This document shows, piece by piece, positions 31,844 to 42,689 of a DNA stretch of 64,000 bases (position 1 is the stretch's first letter; every line of letters starts with the position of its first letter). This stretch comes from Alphaproteobacteria bacterium (lineage in GTDB: Bacteria > Pseudomonadota > Alphaproteobacteria > JBKEAR01), in the NCBI GenBank assembly GCA_047973205.1, contig JBKEBO010000073.1:19393-83392 (forward strand). Reading direction: 5' to 3'. The notes beneath the pieces are model-generated. The model was given only the letters and a program-made list of their open reading frames with translations, made no database searches and was not told where the DNA came from. The position numbers were made by a program, and so were the translations under genes.

Positions 31844-33105
31844 GACCACTTCCACTGCTTATTTATGCTAATGTGAGCTATATTTTACAACCTGTAGCTA
31901 ATTTGATATTATCAAAAAGGCTTAAAAAAGGTAAGGAAGATAAAATACGCATTGATGAGCGGCGGGGGCGAAGTGACCTCTCATGGCGACAAGACCCTGT
32001 TATATGGGTACATGCAGCCAGTGTGGGTGAGAGTTTATCTTCGCTGACGCTTATTCATACATTAGCTGAAAAATATCCTGATTATCGCTTTGTTGTTACA
32101 ACAGGGACAACATCTTCTGCTAAGATTATGGGTAAAAAGCTCCCCGAAGCTGCTGTACATCAGTTTTTCCCTGTAGATCACCCAACATGGATTCATCGAT
32201 TTTTAGAAAATTGGCAACCTGAACTTGTTATTTTTATTGAGTCAGAATTTTGGCCCAATTGCCTTCATGCTATTAAGAAACGCCATATCCCTGCTTTTTT
32301 AGTCAATGGACGTATCTCAGATAAAAGCTTTAAAAATTGGCAATGTGCAAAACGCTCAATTGCTTATATTCTCTCAACCTTTACAGAATGTTTGGGGCAA
32401 AGTGAGCTAGATACACAACGTTTATTACAGCTTGGAGCAAAAAAGGTGGACTATTTGGGTAACCTAAAGTTTGCTCATCATCATGATGCCATAGAGGATT
32501 TACCACTATCTCCTTTAGAAGGAAAAAATAGATGGTTGTTTGCCTCAACCCATGATGGTGAAGAAGAAATAGCCGCAAATATGCATCTTAAATTAATGCA
32601 AGAAGTACCTAATATTTATACATGTATTATGCCTCGTCATGCAGAGCGAAGTGATGATATTGAAGCTCTGCTTCTGCAGAAAGGGATAAAAGTTGCTCGT
32701 AAAAGTCGCAAAGAGCAACCCATAGAGGGGTGTGTTTATTTATTTGATGTTATGGGGCAAGCCTTTGAATTTTATAATCTTGGAGGCATTGCAGTTATTG
32801 GACGTAGCTTTGCTAAAGGTGGTGGGCAAAACCCGATAGAGCCTGCAAGAGCAGGTAATATCATTCTATTGGGGCCTGATATGAGCAACTTTAAGTATAT
32901 TACTGACTTAATGCTTAAAAATGAAGTTGCGGAACAATTATTATCACAAGAGGCTTTATATGAGCGTTTGCTCCATTGGCTACAGCATCCCGATAAAGCA
33001 AAAGAACAAAGCCATAAAGTTGAGAGATGGGCCAACCAGCTTGGAGAGGGTGTTTTAGAGCGTCATGTCCAAAAACTATCAACCTATTTAGACAGGATTA
33101 AATGA
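31840..33105 (+). CDS. waaA: 3-deoxy-D-manno-octulosonic acid transferase
   Basis: IWVHAASVGE, ESEFWPN, NGRIS, GNLK, ASTHDGEE, PRH, GGQNPIEPA. Confidence 0.96.
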   Translation: MRPLPLLIYANVSYILQPVANLILSKRLKKGKEDKIRIDERRGRSDLSWRQDPVIWVHAASVGESLSSLTLIHTLAEKYPDYRFVVTTGTTSSAKIMGKKLPEAAVHQFFPVDHPTWIHRFLENWQPELVIFIESEFWPNCLHAIKKRHIPAFLVNGRISDKSFKNWQCAKRSIAYILSTFTECLGQSELDTQRLLQLGAKKVDYLGNLKFAHHHDAIEDLPLSPLEGKNRWLFASTHDGEEEIAANMHLKLMQEVPNIYTCIMPRHAERSDDIEALLLQKGIKVARKSRKEQPIEGCVYLFDVMGQAFEFYNLGGIAVIGRSFAKGGGQNPIEPARAGNIILLGPDMSNFKYITDLMLKNEVAEQLLSQEALYERLLHWLQHPDKAKEQSHKVERWANQLGEGVLERHVQKLSTYLDRIK

Positions 33106-33106
33106 T

Positions 33107-34072
33107 ATGAAAACGCCATCTTTTTGGTATGCAAATCAGTCATCTATTATAGAAACACTTCTTTTTCCTTTTGCAAAAATTTGGGGCTTAGAGACAAAAC
33201 GTCGTCTAAAAAAGAAAGGTTATAAGAGTAGTCTTCCTGTTATTTGTGTAGGTAATGTTACCATAGGAGGTGCGGGCAAAACTCCCACATGTATCAACCT
33301 TGGAAAATATTATCAATCCAAAGGCTTTCGCCCTGCTTTTTTGAGCCGTGGTTATGGGGCAAAAATAACATCACCTATAAAAGTTGATGCAAGTAAACAT
33401 CATTATAATGAGGTTGGTGATGAGCCTTTACTTTTGAGTCAATATGCACCCACATGGGTTTGCCCTAATCGAGCCGATGGGGCAAAAGCTATAGAAGAAA
33501 GTGGTGAGGCGGATATCATTATCATGGATGATGGTATGCAAAATCCATCTCTTCATAAAGATTATAATATCTTAATTATTGATGGTGGTTTTGGCCTTGG
33601 TAATAAAAAAGTCATACCTGCAGGGCCTTTACGTGAGGCCTTAAGTGACAATCAGAGACGTGTGGATATTGCTATGGTTATTGGTGATGATATTTATCAT
33701 GTGGCGGAAGATTTAGAGGTTTCGGTTGTGCAAGGAGAAATTAAAGCTCAAAGGGAGATGATTAATAAGAATGAACATTATTGGGCTTTTTGTGGACTTG
33801 GACGACCATCAAAATTTTATGAAACATTACGGCTTGAGGATATTGATGTTAAAGCTACATTTGACTTTGATGACCACCACCCTTATAGCGAAAAAGATAT
33901 CACCGACTTAATCCAAGCGGCTCAACTCAACGAATGCTTATTGATAACAACAGAGAAAGATAAAATGCGTATTCCAGCTCATTTACGAGATGAGATCTGC
34001 TATCTTCCCATTAGAGTTTGTGTAAACTTTGCCACCTTTGAGGGCTTACCTCTAATTGAAGATGATATGTAA
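33107..34072 (+). CDS. lpxK: Tetraacyldisaccharide 4'-kinase
   Basis: VGNVTIGGAGKTP, LSRGYG, GDEP, MDDGMQ, PAGPLRE, DHH, TTEKD. Confidence 0.96.
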   Translation: MKTPSFWYANQSSIIETLLFPFAKIWGLETKRRLKKKGYKSSLPVICVGNVTIGGAGKTPTCINLGKYYQSKGFRPAFLSRGYGAKITSPIKVDASKHHYNEVGDEPLLLSQYAPTWVCPNRADGAKAIEESGEADIIIMDDGMQNPSLHKDYNILIIDGGFGLGNKKVIPAGPLREALSDNQRRVDIAMVIGDDIYHVAEDLEVSVVQGEIKAQREMINKNEHYWAFCGLGRPSKFYETLRLEDIDVKATFDFDDHHPYSEKDITDLIQAAQLNECLLITTEKDKMRIPAHLRDEICYLPIRVCVNFATFEGLPLIEDDM

Positions 34073-34083
34073 AAATCCTATTT

Positions 34084-35958
34084 TCAAACAGTTTGAGCAG
34101 ATGCTTTCATTGGCATTTTTCTTATATAAATAAGCAAGACTATACAGAATAATGCTCCTATTATTCTTAAACTCATGATAGGAAGCAGACAGAGAGAACC
34201 CGATAAAATCAAACAAATTTTTAATATTTGAGATATATTTTGATTCCAAAATCCTGAAAACCCAATGGATAGGGAAAAAGCAGCTATAACAGCAAAGCTT
34301 AACGATATAAGTGTCGCCATAAGAGAAGACTGTAAAAGCAACGAGGAATCAACGGCAAAAGAAAAAGGTAATATAAAAGCAATAACACCCATTTTCATTG
34401 CAGCAAGAGCAATGTTTGTGGCCTTTGCTCCTGATATAGAAGCCGCAGCAAAAGAGGCTAAGGCTACAGGAGGAGTCATATTTGATAAAACGGCAAAATA
34501 AAAGATAAATAAATGAGCATTTAAAGCTTCAATACCAAGTTCAGTTAAAATAGGAACACCTAAAGCGGCTGTAATGATATAGGCTGATGTTGTTGGTAGG
34601 CCCATGCCAAAAATAACGGAAATAAAAGCAACACAGAAAAGAGCAATAAAAACAGAATCTCCTGAAATGAAGCCAATTAAAGCTCCTATTTTAAAACCAA
34701 TTCCTGTAAGAGCTATGGCCCCAATGACAATACCTGCTGAAGCACAGGCTACAGCAATAACAGGTACTGATTTTGCTCCTAAAATAAAAGCATCAAGTAG
34801 TTTGTTTACTCCCATACGTCCTGTAGGGTTAAGTAAAGAGATTAGCCATACTAAAGCAATGGCATATAAGCCTGCTCGCATAGGAGTTTTCCCCATCATT
34901 AAAGCAATCACCAAAACAATAATAGGTAATAACAAAAAGCTTTTATTCAAAACATCTTTCCATAGAGGAAGTTCGTTTTCTTTTAGCCCCATAAAGCCCT
35001 GTTTTTTTGCTGTGAAATGTATCATTAGCAAAGCTGTACCGTAATATAATAAGGCAGGGAGTAAAGCTGCTAAGATGATAGTTCTAAACTCTACTCCTAA
35101 AAAAGAAGCCATTACAAATGCACCCGCTCCCATAAGAGGTGGCATAAGTTGACCTCCTGTCGAAGCCATTGTCTCAATACCACCTGATAATACAGGAGAA
35201 AATCCTGAACGTTTCATCATCGGTATCGTAAAGTTCCCTGTTGAGTATACATTTGCAACGGCAGAGCCCGAAATAGAGCCAAATAAACACGAGCTTACAA
35301 CAGCAACTTTTGCAGATCCTCCTACATATTTCCCTGCAAGGCGAGTAGAGAAATCCATAAACCATGCACCAATGGAGGAAACCTCTAAGAAGCTTCCAAA
35401 TATTAAAAAGATAACTACATATGTTGCAGAAACTCCAAGGGGAACCCCCATAATACCATCTGTTGTTAAGTATAACAGTTCTACTGTTTCTGTTAAGGAG
35501 AAGTATTCTCCTTTTAAAGAGCTAGGAAAGTAGGATCCCAAAAGCATATAGCCTAAGAAAAATAAGCTAATAATAAAAAGAGGTAAACCTAATAAGCGTC
35601 TTGTTGCTTCAAAAAGTAAAATAATTAATAATAACCCTAAAACCAGCTGAGTCTGTGTAACCTCATCAACCTGAGCTATACGATAGAGTAATTCCTCAAA
35701 ATTTAGAACCCCATAAAGCCCAGGAAGAATAGCTAAACCTGCTAAAACCCAGTCATAAATAGGGATTTTTTGATTTTTTAAACTTTTACAAACCGGCCAT
35801 AATAAAAAAGCAATAGGTAAAACCCATGTAAGATGAATGAGCCTTTGCAGCCAAGCTTCCATAACACCAAAAGCGGCCGTCCATAAATGGAAGGTAACCC
35901 CTGCAAGTAGCCATAGAGCAATAATGATACGGATGACTTTGTGATTACCTTCTCTCAT
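34084..35958 (-). CDS. TAXI-type TRAP transporter fused permease
   Basis: GSISGSAVANV, STGGQLMPPLMGAGAFVMA, GMGLPTT, HLFIFYF..MTPPVALA. Confidence 0.93.
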   Translation of the reverse strand: MREGNHKVIRIIIALWLLAGVTFHLWTAAFGVMEAWLQRLIHLTWVLPIAFLLWPVCKSLKNQKIPIYDWVLAGLAILPGLYGVLNFEELLYRIAQVDEVTQTQLVLGLLLIILLFEATRRLLGLPLFIISLFFLGYMLLGSYFPSSLKGEYFSLTETVELLYLTTDGIMGVPLGVSATYVVIFLIFGSFLEVSSIGAWFMDFSTRLAGKYVGGSAKVAVVSSCLFGSISGSAVANVYSTGNFTIPMMKRSGFSPVLSGGIETMASTGGQLMPPLMGAGAFVMASFLGVEFRTIILAALLPALLYYGTALLMIHFTAKKQGFMGLKENELPLWKDVLNKSFLLLPIIVLVIALMMGKTPMRAGLYAIALVWLISLLNPTGRMGVNKLLDAFILGAKSVPVIAVACASAGIVIGAIALTGIGFKIGALIGFISGDSVFIALFCVAFISVIFGMGLPTTSAYIITAALGVPILTELGIEALNAHLFIFYFAVLSNMTPPVALASFAAASISGAKATNIALAAMKMGVIAFILPFSFAVDSSLLLQSSLMATLISLSFAVIAAFSLSIGFSGFWNQNISQILKICLILSGSLCLLPIMSLRIIGALFCIVLLIYIRKMPMKASAQTV

Positions 35959-35987
35959 TTCTTCCTCTTATTTTTTATGTTTGGATA

Positions 35988-36950
35988 TTAGTCTGCTTGC
36001 TGTTGCCAATATTGTTTTGCTGCTTCATGCATAGGCAGAGTTGATATAGCAGCTGCAGCAGAAAAAGCTGAAAAGTCTTTAACAGTAGCAGCAAGGTTAT
36101 CTGCATTTTTATAGAGAGATTCTGCAGCTTTGCTAATAACATCCGTTTCTATATTTTTGTTTGTAATCAATACTGTGTAATCTCCAACTGTTGGAACAGA
36201 ACTCGTTACGCTTTTATAAAAACCAGGCTCTACATTAAAGGTTGATGTTCCATAATTTTTAGATAAGATCTGCAAAGCTTCTTCATCTACAGGTAAAAGA
36301 ACAACATCTACTTGGCTTTCTATATTTAAAATAATAGATGCTTTCTCACCAACCGAAAAGGCAAATACATCAATATGACCATCTCCCATTAAGCCAGCTC
36401 CGTCAGAGTAAGACGTAAATTGTACCTTGGCTCCATTTTGTTTTAATTTTTTCCAGTCTTGATCATAAGCAAGATGAAAAAGAGAGCGAATAACAAATTC
36501 AGATGATGTTCCTGGTTTTAAGGTTGCAAAGCTCAATTTAGGAACAGCAAAAATATCCTTAAGTGTTTTTATATTATTTTTTTCGACAAAATCCTTACGA
36601 GCAACAAAATATGTGATTTGTGGATAAAGATTAGCAAAAATAACTGCATTTTCTACTTTTCCTTTAAATGTCTCTTCACCTGCATGGGCTGCACCGACAA
36701 GAGAGCCTACGCTAAATCCAAAATCAGCTTTACCATTATTAACATTAATAATATTGGCAACGCCACCTCCTGTTGAGCTTGATGTTTGTAAACCATCCTC
36801 TGTAAAATAGGCACTGATTGCTCCACCTAAAACAAACCAGTTACCACCTTGTGGGCCAGAATTGAACCGATAGGAATCTCCCCAAGCTGGGCTAAATAGG
36901 CCCATAATAATGTAAAGGGATAAAATAGATGCTATATGTTTTATTCTCAT
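35988..36950 (-). CDS. TAXI family TRAP solute-binding protein
   Basis: Signal peptide from ATG 36950; SGPQGGNWFVLG, STGGGVANI, LYPQ, PMHEAAKQYW. Confidence 0.92.
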   Translation of the reverse strand: MRIKHIASILSLYIIMGLFSPAWGDSYRFNSGPQGGNWFVLGGAISAYFTEDGLQTSSSTGGGVANIINVNNGKADFGFSVGSLVGAAHAGEETFKGKVENAVIFANLYPQITYFVARKDFVEKNNIKTLKDIFAVPKLSFATLKPGTSSEFVIRSLFHLAYDQDWKKLKQNGAKVQFTSYSDGAGLMGDGHIDVFAFSVGEKASIILNIESQVDVVLLPVDEEALQILSKNYGTSTFNVEPGFYKSVTSSVPTVGDYTVLITNKNIETDVISKAAESLYKNADNLAATVKDFSAFSAAAAISTLPMHEAAKQYWQQQAD

Positions 36951-37267
36951 AAATAAAACCTCCTTATCAAAAGTGGGTAATAACAAAAACATTTTCTAGA
37001 CAATAATTATAGAGTATATGATTACCTAAAATATTTCAAATTTTATTATTACTGAGATAAAATAAATTAAAAATATAAAATTTATTCAACTAAACTATAA
37101 AGGAAATTTGCTTTAACGCTTAGATTTATTCTCCCTATGTTTTTCTTTTTACAGGTAATCATAACATAAATGAAATAATTGTTAAAACAACATTAGCATT
37201 GTATTTTCTTTTTGATAATGTACGATAGCTCTAATATTAGTTATTGAGTTTATTATGATGGAAAAAC

Positions 37268-37294
37268 AAAAGGCTAGGGGGTTCCTAGCCTTTT
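37268..37294 (-). terminator. Intrinsic terminator after accC
   Basis: aaaaggctagg-gggtt-cctagcctttt perfect stem with T tracts. Confidence 0.85.
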
Positions 37295-37304
37295 ATGTTT
37301 CTTT

Positions 37305-38669
37305 TTAAGATTTTATATCTTCTTCTTTTTGTTGTTTGTCTAGCCAGTCTTCGAGCCAATGTATGTAATAATCACCATTGATGAAATCAACCTCACCCAT
37401 AATGCGTTGATGAAGAGGTAAGGTTGTGTGAATACCACTAATCACGGCCTCATCTAAGGCACGGCGGAGACGCATTAAACATTTATTACGGGTTGAGCCA
37501 TAAACAATAATCTTAGAGACCATGCTATCGTACCATGGGGGGATAGAATAGCCTGAATATATAGCTGAATCCACACGAACGGCCAAGCCACCAGGAGCAT
37601 GGTAATCTTCGATACGTCCAGGTGATGGTGCAAATGTTTCGGGATGCTCTGCATTAATACGACATTCAATAGCATGGCCTTTAAAGGTAATATCCTCTTG
37701 CTTATAAGGTAATGGGGCTCCTGCGGCAATGCGTATCATTTGACGAACCAAGTCAAAGCCTGTAATCATTTCCGTAACTGGATGTTCGACCTGAAGTCTT
37801 GTATTCATTTCCATAAAGTAAAAGCGTCCATCTTCGAAGAGATATTCCACCGTTCCAGCAGAGCGATACCCCACTTTTTTAACAGCATTTGCAGTAATCT
37901 CTCCAATTTCACGGCGGAGTTCATCGGAAAGTGCAGGCGAGGGAGCTTCTTCAATAAGCTTTTGGTTGCGGCGTTGAATAGAGCAATCTCGCTCACCCAA
38001 GTAAACCACATTACCATAGCTATCGGCCATAAGCTGAATTTCTATATGGCGAGGATGCTCGAGATATTTTTCGATATAAACGGCTGCATTACCAAAGTTG
38101 GCTTCGGCTTCTCTACGGGCAAGATTAAAGGCTTGTTCAAGATCTTCTTCTTTACGGACAATTTGCATTCCCTTACCGCCGCCACCAGAGGCTGCTTTAA
38201 TAATCACAGGATAGCCAATTTCGATACATGTTTGCTTGGCATCCTCAAAAGATATTACTTCGCCATCTGAACCTGGAACAACAGGAATGCCAGCTTCCTT
38301 CATACTTTGTTTAGCAGTGATTTTATCGCCCATAAAGCGAATTTGTTCGGCAGTAGGCCCAATAAAAGCCAAGCCATGAGCTTCAACCATTTCTGCAAAA
38401 TCAGCATTTTCCGATAAAAAACCGTAACCAGGGTGAATAGCCTCAGCACCTGTAATGACAGCTGCTGATATAATTGCTTGCATATTCAAATAGCTTTCGC
38501 CTGCTGGGGGAGGACCAATACATATGGCCTCATCAGCCAAGCGAACGTGCATGGCCTCACTATCTGCAGTTGAATGAACTGCAACAGTTTTTATACCCAT
38601 CTCTTTACAGGCTCTATGAATGCGGAGGGCTATTTCGCCACGGTTGGCAATAAGAATTTTTTCAAACAT
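37305..38669 (-). CDS. accC: Acetyl-CoA carboxylase biotin carboxylase
   Basis: [54 protein letters not shown]. Confidence 0.98.
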   Translation of the reverse strand: MFEKILIANRGEIALRIHRACKEMGIKTVAVHSTADSEAMHVRLADEAICIGPPPAGESYLNMQAIISAAVITGAEAIHPGYGFLSENADFAEMVEAHGLAFIGPTAEQIRFMGDKITAKQSMKEAGIPVVPGSDGEVISFEDAKQTCIEIGYPVIIKAASGGGGKGMQIVRKEEDLEQAFNLARREAEANFGNAAVYIEKYLEHPRHIEIQLMADSYGNVVYLGERDCSIQRRNQKLIEEAPSPALSDELRREIGEITANAVKKVGYRSAGTVEYLFEDGRFYFMEMNTRLQVEHPVTEMITGFDLVRQMIRIAAGAPLPYKQEDITFKGHAIECRINAEHPETFAPSPGRIEDYHAPGGLAVRVDSAIYSGYSIPPWYDSMVSKIIVYGSTRNKCLMRLRRALDEAVISGIHTTLPLHQRIMGEVDFINGDYYIHWLEDWLDKQQKEEDIKS

Positions 38670-38683
38670 TAATCCGTATCTCC

Positions 38684-39160
38684 TTATTCGATAATAAGAA
38701 GAGGAGAGCCAAACTCTACCGGTTCACCAGCTTCTATGAAAATTTGGGTTACCTTGCCCGAACGTGGAGCTTTAATCGGGTTAAAGACTTTCATCGCTTC
38801 AATAAGCAGCAATGTATCACCCTCATTAACGTGAGTTCCTTCGGCAACAAAATCAGTAGCATCGGGGTCTGGCTTTGTATAGATAATGCCTACCATAGGA
38901 GCAGATACAACACCTGGATGATTTTCGGGTGATACCGAAGCAGCCTCATTAGAAGCTTCCATCATAGGAGTAGCTACTGGAGCTGCAACATGATGAACAG
39001 GAGCCGCCATTGCTGCAGGAGCAACGGTTGTTATGGGGGCTTCTTTAGCAAGACGAATTTGAATATCGTCTTTTTCAATTTCAATTTCAGTTAAACCACT
39101 TTCTTCAATGATTTTAGCAAGTTCTCGAATGAATTCTGATGTTCCTAATTCTTGTGTCAT
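38684..39160 (-). CDS. accB: Biotin carboxyl carrier protein
   Basis: Ala/Pro linker, SAPMVG, EAMK biotinylation site. Confidence 0.97.
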   Translation of the reverse strand: MTQELGTSEFIRELAKIIEESGLTEIEIEKDDIQIRLAKEAPITTVAPAAMAAPVHHVAAPVATPMMEASNEAASVSPENHPGVVSAPMVGIIYTKPDPDATDFVAEGTHVNEGDTLLLIEAMKVFNPIKAPRSGKVTQIFIEAGEPVEFGSPLLIIE

Positions 39161-39174
39161 ATTAAGTGAAACTC

Positions 39175-39621
39175 CTAATCGTCTTGTATTTTATTTGAAA
39201 TAGCTTTAATCGCAGAAAAATAACCTTGAGTACCCAAGCCACATATAACCCCTGTGGCAATATCGGATATGTAAGAAAAATGTCGAAATTCTTCCCGAGC
39301 AAAAATATTGCTGATATGAACTTCTATGAGTTGCTTTACAGGCGTACCCAAAAGAGCATCACGTAAAGCAACGGAAGTATGTGTCCATCCACCCGCATTG
39401 ATGATAATTGCTTGAATGTTTTTAACTGATTTATGAATATAGTCAATCATCTCACCTTCATTATTTGTTTGAAAGCAAGTGGCATGTAAGCCTAAAGAGG
39501 CGGCATATTCCACACATTGTATCTCGATATCAGCCAAAGTCTCATGGCCATAAATCTCTGGTTCTCTTGTACCTAAAAGATTTATATTTGGTCCATTAAG
39601 GATGAGAATTTCTTTCCCCAA
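39175..39621 (-). CDS. aroQ: Type II 3-dehydroquinate dehydratase
   Basis: LNGPNINLLGTREPEIYG, THTSVALRDA, EVHISN..REEFRH. TTG at 39621 with SD ggag (ORF track 39693 looks too long). Confidence 0.96.
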   Translation of the reverse strand: MGKEILILNGPNINLLGTREPEIYGHETLADIEIQCVEYAASLGLHATCFQTNNEGEMIDYIHKSVKNIQAIIINAGGWTHTSVALRDALLGTPVKQLIEVHISNIFAREEFRHFSYISDIATGVICGLGTQGYFSAIKAISNKIQDD

Positions 39622-39681
39622 AATTATATCTCCAAATCTTGTTGAACCATTATTTATAACATGTATATAAAATTTTCCCAT

Positions 39682-39718
39682 AAAAAAAACCATCTTTCAT
39701 AAGAAAAATGGTTTTTTT
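39682..39718 (-). terminator. Probable terminator after NSS transporter
   Basis: aaaaaaaccat...atggttttttt inverted repeat. Confidence 0.6.
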
Positions 39719-39754
39719 GTTCATAAAAGCTTATGTTTCGATTTTTATTTTAGC

Positions 39755-41179
39755 CTATAAAAAGCTAGAAATAATAATATAAGCAATAAGTACAGGAATA
39801 ATAATCCCAATTAAGATACGCCATAGCTGAAGAACAGATGACGAAATGGAGCTTCCTGATTGGACTTCATCTTTAATTTTACCCCAAATTGCCCAGGCGG
39901 AGAATAGACATACACCCATACCACCTAAAGGAATAAGGATTTTAACAGAGAATTCATCATCGATAGATGTTAATAAATCGGCAGGCTTATCCATCCATGG
40001 CCATGCAAAGGTGAGGTCGTGACCAAAGAGCTGGTGGCCTCCAAGACTTAAAGATACCAAAATACCAACTAAAAATGCTGCTATATAAACAATAACAACT
40101 GAGGCAAACTTAGACATTTTGAAAGTTTCGGAAAACCAACTAGAAACAGCTTCGGCAATAGAAATATTTGATGTTAGAGCCGCAATGGTTAAAAGAGCAA
40201 AGAAGATAAAACCAAAGATGTAGGGAAGGTTAGCAAAAACTTTAGGTAATGTTACAAAAACAAGGCCAGCACCTGCGTTTACAGTTTCTACACCTGTTAC
40301 AGGGTCGACAGTTTGCATACCAAAAGCAAACACGATAGGAAGTGTCATAAAGCCTGCTAAAACAGCAATAACTGTATCGGCAACGGCAACAGTAACTGCA
40401 GCACGAGGGAGGTTTTCGCCTTTATCAAGGTATGAGCCATAAGTCATCATTAAAAGAAAACCAATAGATAAAGAGAAAAATGCATGGGATAAAGCAGTAG
40501 ATGCAACATCAAAGAACTGTCCTTCAACCTTAGAAAAGTCAGGTTTTAAGTAATAAGCAATACCATCCATAGGGTCTCCTAAGCCAGTATTAAGGCTTAA
40601 GGCTTCAAAAATTACGATTACAATAAAAACAAGAAGTAAAGGCATTAAAATTTTGTTTGACCATTCTAAACCTTTATTCACCCCAAGAGCAACAATAATA
40701 ACTGTCATGACAATAAAGATAAGTCCCCAAAATAAAGGAGTAAACCAGCCTAAGAATGTACCATTGCCAGAAAGAGCTGCTCCAAAGTCAGGAACATAAT
40801 TTTCGGCTCCTGTTATCATGGCATAAAGATAGTCCCATGTGAAGTTTAAGGACCAACCTGCTACAATAAAGTAAAATGATAAAGTTAAAAATGCAGCTAG
40901 AATGGATACCCAACCAAAACTTGCCCACACTTTACCAATACCTTTGAAATGTTGGCTATAGGCACGGATACCATTGGATTGAGCTAAACGACCCATGGCA
41001 ATTTCAGCAAGCATCAAGGAGACACCGATAATTGCTACAATACCTAAATAAATGATTAAAAAAGCACCACCGCCATTTTCGGCAACTTTATTTGGAAAAC
41101 GCCAAATATTTCCTAAGCCAATGGCCGAGCCTGCTGCGGCTAAAATAAATCCGGTCCGAGACCGCCAATGTTCACGCAT
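39755..41179 (-). CDS. Sodium-dependent transporter, NSS/SNF family
   Basis: REHWRSRTGFILAAAGSAIGLGNIWRFP, NGGGAFL, AFFSLSIG, TYGSY, GAGLVFVTLP. Confidence 0.96.
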   Translation of the reverse strand: MREHWRSRTGFILAAAGSAIGLGNIWRFPNKVAENGGGAFLIIYLGIVAIIGVSLMLAEIAMGRLAQSNGIRAYSQHFKGIGKVWASFGWVSILAAFLTLSFYFIVAGWSLNFTWDYLYAMITGAENYVPDFGAALSGNGTFLGWFTPLFWGLIFIVMTVIIVALGVNKGLEWSNKILMPLLLVFIVIVIFEALSLNTGLGDPMDGIAYYLKPDFSKVEGQFFDVASTALSHAFFSLSIGFLLMMTYGSYLDKGENLPRAAVTVAVADTVIAVLAGFMTLPIVFAFGMQTVDPVTGVETVNAGAGLVFVTLPKVFANLPYIFGFIFFALLTIAALTSNISIAEAVSSWFSETFKMSKFASVVIVYIAAFLVGILVSLSLGGHQLFGHDLTFAWPWMDKPADLLTSIDDEFSVKILIPLGGMGVCLFSAWAIWGKIKDEVQSGSSISSSVLQLWRILIGIIIPVLIAYIIISSFL

Positions 41180-41194
41180 AATTCTATTTTCCTT

Positions 41195-41230
41195 TTTACA
41201 TTTTATTCAAACTTTACATTTTATTCAAAC
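41195..41230. repeat. 18-bp exact tandem direct repeat in the NSS/protease intergenic region
   Basis: tttacattttattcaaac x2. Confidence 0.85.
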
Positions 41231-41326
41231 TTATATATTACTTTAAAAAAAGCATTATTTACTAAAATAGTGGAATTTTTATATAAAGACAAGGTGTAAT
41301 GTAAAAATGGAAGGTTTTGGCTTGGT

Positions 41327-41980
41327 ATGTTGACGAAAAAGACTATAGGTTTCATACTGATTATTATTATAGCCTTAGGTTGTGGTATATTTCTTAATTA
41401 TTCCGAAAAATATATCCTGTTACCTTATTTTGTTAATATTGCGATAGCTTTACTTATGTTTTTCGTGGGCTTTTATAGTGTATTTTTTCTTTATCGTCAG
41501 GGAATAATTTTTTCTGTATTTGGCTGGATTTTGGTGGCTATTTCGGCCTATTTTACTTATCAGCTTTATCAAGATTTTAAAACAGTACAAATTTCGGGGC
41601 AAAATCAATCGGAGCCTCCTGATTATATTTTAAAAAAGAGAGGCCTACATTTTTATGCAGATGCTCTTGTTAATGGAACAAAGATTCACTTTTTAGTTGA
41701 TACGGGAGCTAGCCTAGTTACTATCACACGCAAGGATGCTCTAAGAGCAGGGATAGATGTGGATTCTATTGATGAATACTCAATGTTTTCAACGGCTAAT
41801 GGTGTAATTAGAAGCCCTATTACCCACATAAAAGAAATTCGCCTTGGTGATATTATTGCCCATGATATTTTAATCTCTATATCAGATGGTGAGCTTGAAC
41901 AAAATCTACTAGGGAATAGCTTTTTAGAACATGTTTCTCGAAAAATAGAAGTTGGCAACGAGCTTCATTTATGGCAATAA
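41327..41980 (+). CDS. Membrane-anchored retropepsin-like aspartic protease (TIGR02281/clan AA), paralog 1
   Basis: About 3 N-terminal TM; HFYADALVNG, FLVDTGAS, TANG flap, NLLGNSFL. Confidence 0.92.
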   Translation: MLTKKTIGFILIIIIALGCGIFLNYSEKYILLPYFVNIAIALLMFFVGFYSVFFLYRQGIIFSVFGWILVAISAYFTYQLYQDFKTVQISGQNQSEPPDYILKKRGLHFYADALVNGTKIHFLVDTGASLVTITRKDALRAGIDVDSIDEYSMFSTANGVIRSPITHIKEIRLGDIIAHDILISISDGELEQNLLGNSFLEHVSRKIEVGNELHLWQ

Positions 41981-42011
41981 GTAAGTGTAAATAAAAAGAG
42001 GTCTATTTATT

Positions 42012-42677
42012 ATGGCATCAAATAAACAAAATAAAACAACAGGTATTATCCTTCTTATTATTGCGGTTGTCTGTGGTCTTATACTCCTTAATCGCGTAGC
42101 AGGAGATTATATAGCCACACCCGAAGTTATTTATCCGATTGCTTTAATTTTAATGTTTGCAGGAGGTATTTGGGGAGCTTTTCGCTCTAACCCTGGACAA
42201 TTTTTACGAATAGTTCTTGGTTGGATGATGGTTTTTATGGCGATTATGTTCAGCTATACGATTTATCATGACTATAAAAATAGCCAGCTTGCTAAACAAA
42301 CGGAAGGGCTTACGCCAGATTATGTTATACAAAAGCAAGGAAGCCACTTTTATACGGATGCCTTAGTCAATGGGGTTCAAGTTGCATTTATGATAGATTC
42401 AGGGGCAAGTATGGTGGTACTTACCAAAGAAAGTGCTATAAAAGCAGGTATTGATGTTGATGCAATTAATGAGCATGTTATGACTTCAACGGCCAATGGG
42501 GCAAAACTTTTAAAAGCAGCTTATGTTAAGGAGATTCGCCTTGGTGATATTGTTGTTGAAAATCTTCGTGTGGCTGTTTCCGAAAAAGGGCTTAAAGATA
42601 ACCTCCTTGGTACTGATTTTATGAAACATGTTTCTAAAAAGGTTGAAGTTGGTAAAGAGCTGAGATTATGGAAATAA
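42012..42677 (+). CDS. Membrane-anchored retropepsin-like aspartic protease (TIGR02281/clan AA), paralog 2
   Basis: About 3 N-terminal TM; HFYTDALVNG, FMIDSGAS, TANG, NLLGTDFM. Confidence 0.92.
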   Translation: MASNKQNKTTGIILLIIAVVCGLILLNRVAGDYIATPEVIYPIALILMFAGGIWGAFRSNPGQFLRIVLGWMMVFMAIMFSYTIYHDYKNSQLAKQTEGLTPDYVIQKQGSHFYTDALVNGVQVAFMIDSGASMVVLTKESAIKAGIDVDAINEHVMTSTANGAKLLKAAYVKEIRLGDIVVENLRVAVSEKGLKDNLLGTDFMKHVSKKVEVGKELRLWK

Positions 42678-42689
42678 TGTATATAAGCC

